Source: an uncultured Anaerolineaceae bacterium (GTDB lineage: Bacteria > Chloroflexota > Anaerolineae > Anaerolineales > E44-bin32). From it: a stretch of DNA of 64,000 bases. Below, in pieces: positions 57,131-64,000 of this stretch. The notes under the pieces are model-generated. The model ran no database searches, was not told the origin of the DNA, and saw only the letters and a list, made by a program, of their open reading frames with translations. Within the stretch, counting starts at the first letter, position 1, and every line of letters begins with the position of its first letter. The position numbers and the translations under genes are program-made. The stretch covers positions 2,879 to 66,878 of the forward strand of contig CAYLOO010000003.1 in the NCBI GenBank assembly GCA_964385355.1, written 5' to 3'.

Positions 57131-58705
57131 ATGGAAAAAAAGAGCAATTCACATCAAGTAATTAAAGTGATCCTGGTTCTTGCATTCCTCATCATCCTGA
57201 TACGAAATGCATGGGTGAGCCAGACGGCGTATTTCCTTTTTCGTTCGATTGAAAATTTCGTCCAAGGATATGGATTGGTTTTTAACCCTGGTGAGCGGGT
57301 ATTGCCTATTAGCCAGCCACTTTGGCCGATTATCCTTGGGGCGGTTTATTCTCTGACGCTTAATGTCTTCCATTACTCAACTCATAGCCAGCTATATTTC
57401 ATAGTTATTTTCTTCTCCATCGCAGTCACGCTCATCACGATCAGTCTATATACCTTTCGCTATTCAAAGCATTTGCTGGTTGTAGTAACCGGTTTTGTCG
57501 TATTAATGTCTTCAAAAGCCTTTGTTGACTATTCCACATCAGGATTCGAGAACCCACTTATCCATCTACTCCTAATCTTAAGTTTTATTGGATACGAGCA
57601 GATGATTAACAGTGCCAATGAAGACGGGAAATGGGTTATCCGGCTACCTGTTTTGATATCTGTGACAGCACTTCTACGATGGGAGGCTGCTCTGCTAGTT
57701 CTCCCCTTGCTTGGTGTGGTATTTGCAAAATCCAGAAATCGTGTGAACATTAATACCAAGCTTGCTGCTTTTCTCCCTTTTCTGTTCTTTCTACTGTTTA
57801 CCTTCCTGTATTACGGCGTAATCGTATCAAATGACCTTATCGCACGGCTGCATTCAGATGTGGGGATCTTGCGATTCATTAGACAGGGAGGCATGTATAT
57901 ATTCCACTCAATTGATTACGACCCTGTCTCAATCCTTGCAATTGTTTTCGCCGGGGTTGGTTCATTCATAATAAAGGATAAGAAAAACACACCGATATTG
58001 ATAGGATTAGCTGCATATTTGATGGTTGTGATTCTCGAGGGGGGCGATTCTCTGGGGGGACGCATGTTGTCTCCGGCGGTATTAGGTGGAGTTCTTCTCC
58101 TTTCAAGGTTTGAAATGCGTCCTTCCCAAGCATGGAAAATGGGGATCGTAGTATTCATCGCATTTGGGATTGCTACGCCCTTATCCCCAATTACGAGCGG
58201 TTTCGATTATGAAAATCCAGACCCCGATCATCGCGGCATCTTCGATGGTCGGGGCCTGGATTACTCGAGGACAGGCCTTCTGAGTATTTATCGCGGCTCC
58301 GTGAATCCCCCTGACTCAGAATGGGCAGGTGACGACTGGCATTTCGACGAGTATGACTCGGTGATGATAGTCGAATGGGGAAAGGGTTTTGATGCTTATC
58401 GTGTAGGTCCGAACGTATATATCCTTCCACTCTCCGGGATTGGTGATTCCCTGCTGGCAAGGTTGCCGGTAGAAGATAAAGTCACCTGGGATATACACAC
58501 GCTTAATCGTAAGGTTCCTGATGGATATGAGGAAACACTTCTTACAGGAGATAATGTGATCGTTTGTGAGCCGATGGCAGAATTCTATGAATCCGTTTTG
58601 AAGATCACAACGGGCGAGCTCTTTTCGCGTGAGAGGATTGCGCTATTGGCTAGAGAGATCGATCCTTTCGAAAGCGCATTCGTGCCACCAGAATGCCTAG
58701 AGTGA
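57131..58705 (+). CDS. Polytopic membrane protein, GT-C-like (tandem paralogue 2, DD replaced by QT)
   Basis: Colinear with 55478..57079: WVSQTAYFLFRSIENFVQGYGLVFNPGERVLPISQPLW, and C-terminal IGDSLLARLP...VPDGYEETLLTGDN. Line 57361-57420 is 32% GC by hand count. Confidence 0.5.
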   Translation: MEKKSNSHQVIKVILVLAFLIILIRNAWVSQTAYFLFRSIENFVQGYGLVFNPGERVLPISQPLWPIILGAVYSLTLNVFHYSTHSQLYFIVIFFSIAVTLITISLYTFRYSKHLLVVVTGFVVLMSSKAFVDYSTSGFENPLIHLLLILSFIGYEQMINSANEDGKWVIRLPVLISVTALLRWEAALLVLPLLGVVFAKSRNRVNINTKLAAFLPFLFFLLFTFLYYGVIVSNDLIARLHSDVGILRFIRQGGMYIFHSIDYDPVSILAIVFAGVGSFIIKDKKNTPILIGLAAYLMVVILEGGDSLGGRMLSPAVLGGVLLLSRFEMRPSQAWKMGIVVFIAFGIATPLSPITSGFDYENPDPDHRGIFDGRGLDYSRTGLLSIYRGSVNPPDSEWAGDDWHFDEYDSVMIVEWGKGFDAYRVGPNVYILPLSGIGDSLLARLPVEDKVTWDIHTLNRKVPDGYEETLLTGDNVIVCEPMAEFYESVLKITTGELFSRERIALLAREIDPFESAFVPPECLE

Positions 58706-59086
58706 ATAGAAAACGGAAATTATGTGTCCATGTACCATAGGCTTCATTAAATTATGAAAAGCTTCCTGACATTGAAGGTTCATGCGGCAGTAAGATAGAA
58801 TCACGACACTATTTCTGCAAGCAGATTTGAATAAGAGATAACTCAAGATCTGCGTTGGAAGCTAACGAATATTTCAATCGCAAATCGGACCCGATCCGCC
58901 ATCATCAAATATAATGATTATGACATTAGCAACCATTCATAAGGTAGGTGGGTTGGGAACCATGGCGTCCTCCTTCTGGAGGCAAGCATGTGGTATGCGT
59001 TGTTTTTAGGTGGGTCAGAGTTATCATGGTTCTGATAGCAAGTATTCACCATCCCTCTTAGTACCAAGTAATGAGGTGTACGGCAT

Positions 59087-60628
59087 ATGCATGACAATAA
59101 GCTATTGATACAGGCATGGACCTCGTCAGCATGGAATTCCTCGAGGACCTTGTTGTTCTTCGTTGTTGTAGCGATCTTCGCTGGTGGTCTTGGATTGAGA
59201 ATGTTAGATCTTACAGATCCACCTTTGGACTTTCACCCATCTCGTCAACTTTACGCATACACAAATGCTCGTGGACTCTATTATCAGATAACGCCGTCGG
59301 ATACCTCTCAAGTACGCGAAAGCGCCATTGAGGCGTGGAAATCAACCGATCACTATGAACCGCGTATCTTTGAGGGTTTGGTCGCCGGATTCTATTTTCT
59401 TGCGGGAGGGGAACACTTTTGGATTGCACGCATCATCGCATCAATCTTCTGGCTAATAGGGGGTTGGTTCCTATTTCTCCTAGCGAAGCGCGCAACGAAT
59501 TGGGATGGAGCGCTGTTGGCGGTTGCTTACTATCTATTCTTACCTTTTTCGATAATTGGGAGTCGGTCATTCCAACCTGACGTCCTGATGGTCATGTTGA
59601 TGATGATCACGGCTTTTTGTCTATATCGTTGGAGCGAGGAGCATACCTGGAAATGGGCCTTAACCTCAGGGATCTTCGGAGGTTTGACCATTTTATCAAA
59701 GGCACAAGGTGTATTCGCGGTAGCTGGAATGGCTTTTTTTGTGACGATGATGGGGAAGGGGCTCAAGCGGACATTAACGGACTGGCAGGTTTGGGTCATG
59801 GGTTTGCTCATGATAGGTATACCGGGCTTGTATTACCTAGGACCCTATCGCTCTGCCGCCGTAGGCTATTTCAACAACTTTACAATTGGGATGTCTGGGT
59901 TACTCAAGGATCCGGGTTTCTTCGTGCGATGGGCGAATTTCATCCATACCTTTATGGATTTTGCCGTCGTGGTTTTAAGCCTGATGGGCACGCTTCTTAT
60001 GCCGAAAAAGGGCAAGGCGATCGCATTAGGTTTATGGGTGGGATATGTCATGTTAGGCCTCTTTTTCCCATGGCAGATTCCGACGCATGATTATTACAGT
60101 CTCCCTTTAATTCCAACGGTGGCTTTCGGGTTGGCCCCCATCGGGGCGTTGCTATTTCATGCAATCAGGAAGCAAAATAGACTTTGGCGGTGGGCTTTTG
60201 TGATTGTATGTCTTGCTGCGATTGCTTATCCAGCTTGGCATGCACGATCAGGGCTATTAGGAAAGGATTACCGGAACGAACCTGCTGCTTGGAGAAACAT
60301 GGGCGACGAGCTTCCCCGTGATGGTGAGATCATTGCGTTGACGCATGATTATGGGATGCGTTTATTGTATTGGGGGTACACGCCAGTAAGGCTCTGGCCC
60401 TACCAAGCGGATTTCCAATTGCATCTTGCGCGTGGTGGTAATCTGTCACCAGAAGTACGGTCTTATTTCGATGATATGACAGGGGGGTCGAGGTACTTCC
60501 TTGTAACGGCGTACAACGAATTCGACGCTCAGCAACAAGTAAAAGAAATCCTCACAACTGAATATCCGCTCATACAACGGGGAGATGGATATATGCTCTT
60601 CGATCTCTCCCAATCGAAGATAGACTAA
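59087..60628 (+). CDS. Polytopic membrane protein, ArnT/GT39/GT83-like GT-C glycosyltransferase candidate
   Basis: 513 aa. Motifs PPLDFHPSRQLYAYTNARGLYY...YEPRIFEGLVAGFYFL and IIASIFWLIGGWFLFLLAKR, with a soluble C-terminal domain (IIALTHDYGMRLLYWGYTP). Confidence 0.55.
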   Translation: MHDNKLLIQAWTSSAWNSSRTLLFFVVVAIFAGGLGLRMLDLTDPPLDFHPSRQLYAYTNARGLYYQITPSDTSQVRESAIEAWKSTDHYEPRIFEGLVAGFYFLAGGEHFWIARIIASIFWLIGGWFLFLLAKRATNWDGALLAVAYYLFLPFSIIGSRSFQPDVLMVMLMMITAFCLYRWSEEHTWKWALTSGIFGGLTILSKAQGVFAVAGMAFFVTMMGKGLKRTLTDWQVWVMGLLMIGIPGLYYLGPYRSAAVGYFNNFTIGMSGLLKDPGFFVRWANFIHTFMDFAVVVLSLMGTLLMPKKGKAIALGLWVGYVMLGLFFPWQIPTHDYYSLPLIPTVAFGLAPIGALLFHAIRKQNRLWRWAFVIVCLAAIAYPAWHARSGLLGKDYRNEPAAWRNMGDELPRDGEIIALTHDYGMRLLYWGYTPVRLWPYQADFQLHLARGGNLSPEVRSYFDDMTGGSRYFLVTAYNEFDAQQQVKEILTTEYPLIQRGDGYMLFDLSQSKID

Positions 60629-60634
60629 GGCAAG

Positions 60635-61645
60635 ATGCCTACTCCTGAGCGTATCCAGTCCGATGGAACGAAAGAACACGATTTAAATGCCCAGTTACCG
60701 CTGGTTTCTATTGTCATGCCCTCCTTCAACCAGGCACGCTTCCTGGAGGATGCAATTCGCAGTGTGCTTGAGCAGGATTACCCGCGGATTGAACTCATCG
60801 TCATCGACGGGGGGTCAACGGACAGCAGCCAGGAGATCTTACAGCGATATCGGGATCGAATGGCACGTTGTATCTCAGAACCAGACCAGGGTCAGGCGGA
60901 GGCGATTAATAAAGGGTTTCGCCTTACCCGAGGGGATGTCGTTGCCTGGCTGAACTCCGATGATGTCTACCTGCCTGGGATTGTGACGCAGGCTGTAAAT
61001 GCACTAGAAGATAATCCAGATGCAGGGATGGTGTACGCCGATGGGTTGATGGTTGATGCTGATCTCGTATTGCTGGATCGTCATTATTACAAGTCGCTTA
61101 GTGCCGTGGACCTACTCTCTTTTGAGGTGCTGCTTCAACCAACCGTATTCATGCGCAGAGCTGCACTTGAAGAGGTGGGCTGGGTAAACGATGATTACCA
61201 TTTGATCTTGGACCATGAGCTTTGGGTTCGTATCGCCAGCCGCTATCCAATAGTTCACATAAAAAGCTTTTGGGCTCTTGAGCGAACGCATGCTGAGGCC
61301 AAGACCATTTCTCAGGCGAAAGGGTTTGTTGAAGAAGCTCAGCGGCTGGTTGCATGGGCCGGTCAAACAGAAGAACTCGGAGATTTAGTCCACAGAGAGC
61401 GCAGGCGGATCCAGGCGGGTTTGCATGTCTTTGCCGGACGGCGGCTGATCGATTCGGGCGAGTACAAACGTGCATTTCGGTATCTGATGCAAGCCGTGAC
61501 AGAACATCCGCCGACTGTGATGAGATACTGGTATAAAGTAGTCCAGGCTGGACTGAGCGCCGTAGGTCTTCCCGGTTTATTCGAATGGTATCGGACTACA
61601 CGTCGTAGGATAACCTATGGCACGGAGCACATAGAGCCGTTATGA
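60635..61645 (+). CDS. Glycosyltransferase family 2 (tandem paralogue 1)
   Basis: Motifs VSIVMPSFNQARFLEDAIRSVLEQDYPRIELIVIDGGSTDSS, AINKGF and WLNSDDVY. Confidence 0.85.
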   Translation: MPTPERIQSDGTKEHDLNAQLPLVSIVMPSFNQARFLEDAIRSVLEQDYPRIELIVIDGGSTDSSQEILQRYRDRMARCISEPDQGQAEAINKGFRLTRGDVVAWLNSDDVYLPGIVTQAVNALEDNPDAGMVYADGLMVDADLVLLDRHYYKSLSAVDLLSFEVLLQPTVFMRRAALEEVGWVNDDYHLILDHELWVRIASRYPIVHIKSFWALERTHAEAKTISQAKGFVEEAQRLVAWAGQTEELGDLVHRERRRIQAGLHVFAGRRLIDSGEYKRAFRYLMQAVTEHPPTVMRYWYKVVQAGLSAVGLPGLFEWYRTTRRRITYGTEHIEPL

Positions 61646-61694
61646 TAGGGCAAGTTCTGCGCTGAACTCGGTCGATCGAACCATGCCGGCTAAT

Positions 61695-61713
61695 TTCTTG
61701 CGGGCAGCAAGAA
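61695..61713 (+). other. Hairpin TTCTTGC-GGGCA-GCAAGAA between the two GT2 paralogues
   Basis: A perfect 7-bp stem with a 5-nt loop and no downstream T-tract. This may be mRNA structure rather than a terminator. Confidence 0.25.
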
Positions 61714-61738
61714 TAGAAACTCAATATTCGAGGCGAAG

Positions 61739-62581
61739 TTGAAAACCGACAAACCATTGGTTTCTATCGTAACTCCTTCCTTCAATCAAGGACTGTATCT
61801 TGAGGAAACTATTCAATCGGTCCTAAATCAGGATTATCCCAACATCGAGTACATCATCATTGATGGCGGCTCGACGGATGGAAGCGTGGAAATTATTAAG
61901 CGCTATGATGGTCGCATAGGTTACTGGGAGTCTGAACCCGATCTTGGTCAAACCGATGCGATTAACAAAGGTTTCGCCCTCGCCAATGGGAAAATATTGG
62001 CGTGGTTGAATTCCGATGACACCTATCGTCCCGGTGCGATACAGGAGGCGGTAGATTACCTTAATGACCACCCTGAATTGGGAATGGTTTATGGACATGC
62101 TTTCTATATTGATGAAGAGGGTTCAAGCATTGCCCAATTCCCCACGAACAAAACGGATTATTATAAATTGCGGCGGGGAAACTCAACGATCCCACAGCAA
62201 GCCGCGTTCTTCCGATCTTCCCTCTGGAAGATGGTTGGGCCGTTGGACCCTTCGTTCTACTATGCCATGGACTATGACCTTTGGATTCGAATATCTAGCG
62301 TCTCTCCGATTGGCTACAATCCACGACTCTGGGCAAACTTCCGACTGCAGGACTCATCTAAATCGATGCAGGAGGCGCATCGTTGCTGGCCAGAGATCAT
62401 CCGCATCCATTTCCGGGATGGTGGCAGCGTGTTCTCAATCCTGTATATGAAGTATCTTCTGCGCCGAGCACTCGAACCGATCATGCCATTGCGGATGGCG
62501 TTCTGGAAATGGAAGTTTGCATTAGAGAAAAGAGGAAAGCAGACTTCCTGGCAGGTGAAGGATCCTTCAAAGCGATCCTAA
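61739..62581 (+). CDS. Glycosyltransferase family 2 (tandem paralogue 2)
   Basis: VSIVTPSFNQGLYLEETIQSVLNQDYPNIEYIIIDGGSTDGS, AINKGF and WLNSDDTY are colinear with 60635..61645. TTG start after GAGG. Confidence 0.85.
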   Translation: MKTDKPLVSIVTPSFNQGLYLEETIQSVLNQDYPNIEYIIIDGGSTDGSVEIIKRYDGRIGYWESEPDLGQTDAINKGFALANGKILAWLNSDDTYRPGAIQEAVDYLNDHPELGMVYGHAFYIDEEGSSIAQFPTNKTDYYKLRRGNSTIPQQAAFFRSSLWKMVGPLDPSFYYAMDYDLWIRISSVSPIGYNPRLWANFRLQDSSKSMQEAHRCWPEIIRIHFRDGGSVFSILYMKYLLRRALEPIMPLRMAFWKWKFALEKRGKQTSWQVKDPSKRS

Positions 62582-62590
62582 AAAATGAGC

Positions 62591-62689
62591 GTGTAAATTA
62601 AGTGAATGAAAGCGGCTGGGAATTGAATCATCGCTGGAGTAATGCTGCGTGAATGTTCCTGTAGTGAGAAGTGTAAATTAAAGGAATGG
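62591..62689 (+). repeat. Direct repeat GTGTAAATTAA(G/AG)-GAATG, two copies 80 bp apart, upstream of the Wzz-like gene
   Basis: The copies are GTGTAAATTAAGTGAATG (62591-62608) and GTGTAAATTAAAGGAATG (62671-62688). GTGAATG also occurs at 62649-62655 and ATTGAAT at 62622-62628. Confidence 0.5.
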
Positions 62690-62699
62690 GCTAAGAATT

Positions 62700-63476
62700 T
62701 TGCTAAAAAGAGACATTGATGCAGTGGCAATGCTCCACAGGGCAATATCCTCATGGTATGTATTATTGCTAGCCGGCTTGGTGGGTGCAATTATCGGATG
62801 GCTGATTTCATTCGCAAGACCACCTTTGTATCAGGCGTCAGTGCTTATTGAGTACGCGGTCGACTATTCACGCACAGCTCATTTGGATGACATTACTGTC
62901 CATCAAGCCTACGAGCAAGTCCGAAGGGTGTTGCTGGCTGATGCGACACTCCAGACTACGCTGGATGCCGCTCAAGAGAGGGTCGGCGAGAAATTAACCT
63001 TCACAGATATTGCAGACTTTCGTTCACAGATACAACTTTCGCGTTACCCGGGAGGTTTCGAACTCATCGTGTACGACCAAGACCCTGAGCAGTCCGCTGC
63101 TGCCGTGAATGCATGGGCCGAGGTTGCGTTGGATGAGACGGAGAAGGCGATCAGCCATGCAATCCGGGCAGCAGAACTTCAATCAGAGATCTATAAGGCT
63201 GGATGCAAATTATCCTCAGACCCTGAAAACCCGGATCGGGTAGTCTGGCTTTGCGCCTCGGGTTATCCAGATCTCGACTCTGATGAACTGGCCGATGATT
63301 TGCTCCGTGAAATTCAACACACTAGAGGCATCCTTCCGATCTTCACATTCTCACTGCTTCAGGAAGCTCAGGTTCCAATGGATCCGGTTGCCTGGAGTCG
63401 AGGCAGCATTGTCCTGGCTTGTGCGCTGGTCGGTCTTTTGCTTGGGTTCATCGGGGCAATTATTTATAAAGAGTGA
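62700..63476 (+). CDS. Polysaccharide co-polymerase / chain-length determinant (Wzz-like)
   Basis: The N-terminal TM (YVLLLAGLVGAIIGWLISF) is followed by PPLYQASVLIEY. A helical, hydrophilic middle of about 170 aa and a C-terminal TM (IVLACALVGLLLGFIGAIIY) complete the PCP topology. Starts at TTG 62700 or ATG 62730. Confidence 0.5.
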   Translation: MLKRDIDAVAMLHRAISSWYVLLLAGLVGAIIGWLISFARPPLYQASVLIEYAVDYSRTAHLDDITVHQAYEQVRRVLLADATLQTTLDAAQERVGEKLTFTDIADFRSQIQLSRYPGGFELIVYDQDPEQSAAAVNAWAEVALDETEKAISHAIRAAELQSEIYKAGCKLSSDPENPDRVVWLCASGYPDLDSDELADDLLREIQHTRGILPIFTFSLLQEAQVPMDPVAWSRGSIVLACALVGLLLGFIGAIIYKE

Positions 63477-63686
63477 AGAGTAGGGTAATTTCCATCCAGA
63501 CTTTTCCTTCTCAATCCAGTTTTTGTGAGGATTATCCATCATTGGACTACCTTTCAGAAGGGACTAACCAGGGGCTTTCACGAGGATTGATCCAGGTTTA
63601 TCGCATGTTGGGTTGCGGCTTGCGTTAAGGATCGGGCCTGGATAGCAGCAGCGCATCCAAACGCATTCAAAGCAGGGTAGATTGAT

Positions 63687-64000
63687 TTGAAATCTTCTCT
63701 TTCTCGATGGAGTGAATTAGGCCAGGAAATTTCCTGGTATCTCTGGCTACTTCTGTTGGTCACGATTCCAGTGACGAGTTCTCCGCTTATAGCGCGCTTC
63801 TCCGGAGGGGAAACACCCGTCAGCCCGCTTTCTATTTACCCCCTAATAGGGATTATGCTCCTCTGGTTTTTCCCTTACCTATTGCGAGGGGGTAAATTAC
63901 CAGCGATCTCATGGCCTTTGCTTGTCTTCTTCCTTTTTGCGCTTCTCTCTGCAGCAATTGCAGTTATGCTTCCTATTTTGCCCTTTAAAGGGCAGACGTT
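63687..64000 (+). CDS. Membrane protein, 5' fragment (possibly O-antigen ligase/polymerase-like); continues beyond the window
   Basis: The frame is open from TAG 63678-63680 to the window end, with the first start candidate at TTG 63687. The translation is LKSSLSRWSELGQEISWYLWLLLLVTIPVTSSPLIARFSGGETPVSPLSIYPLIGIMLLWFF.... The family guess is weak. Confidence 0.3.
   Translation, partial: MKSSLSRWSELGQEISWYLWLLLLVTIPVTSSPLIARFSGGETPVSPLSIYPLIGIMLLWFFPYLLRGGKLPAISWPLLVFFLFALLSAAIAVMLPILPFKGQT

Overview
Nearly the whole 64-kb window is one co-directional cell-surface glycan biosynthesis super-locus: 54 of the 55 protein-coding genes called (plus one pseudogene) are on the + strand, and many have overlapping stop/start codons. 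I saw no rRNA, tRNA, CRISPR array, transposase or integrase. All calls come from reading the supplied translations and recognising motifs; no searches were run. Recognisable content: GDP-L-fucose synthesis (gmd, fcl, unusually 9 kb apart); a Wzm/Wzt ABC exporter whose Wzt has a C-terminal glycan-binding-type domain; a PseB-type UDP-GlcNAc 4,6-dehydratase; two NeuB-family nonulosonate synthases, one lacking the SAF domain; three CMP-sugar-type cytidylyltransferases, one fused to a KdsC/HAD phosphatase; at least seven GT2/GT4 glycosyltransferases; two Dpm1/ArnC-like polyprenyl-phosphate glycosyltransferases, one coupled to a flippase-like membrane protein; two KpsC/KpsS-like paralogues; a DUF115/CstII-like putative nonulosonate transferase; a sulfotransferase; five SAM methyltransferases; a PIG-L deacetylase; several oxidoreductases; an EPS-type MarR regulator; and a Wzz-like protein followed by a ligase/polymerase-like membrane protein at the 3' edge. 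The most unusual feature is twelve large polytopic GT-C-like membrane proteins plus one decayed copy. Several of these sit in clearly lower-GC blocks. The main regulatory observation is a palindrome, ATTCA-N5-TGAAT, fused to TATAAT boxes upstream of gmd and of the regulator gene, with a one-mismatch copy upstream of a GT-C gene. No priming phosphoglycosyltransferase and no sugar aminotransferase is recognisable in the window. Gene style (GGAGG-type RBS, frequent GTG/TTG starts, many GT-C genes) hints at a Chloroflexota/Anaerolineae-like organism, but that is only a guess.
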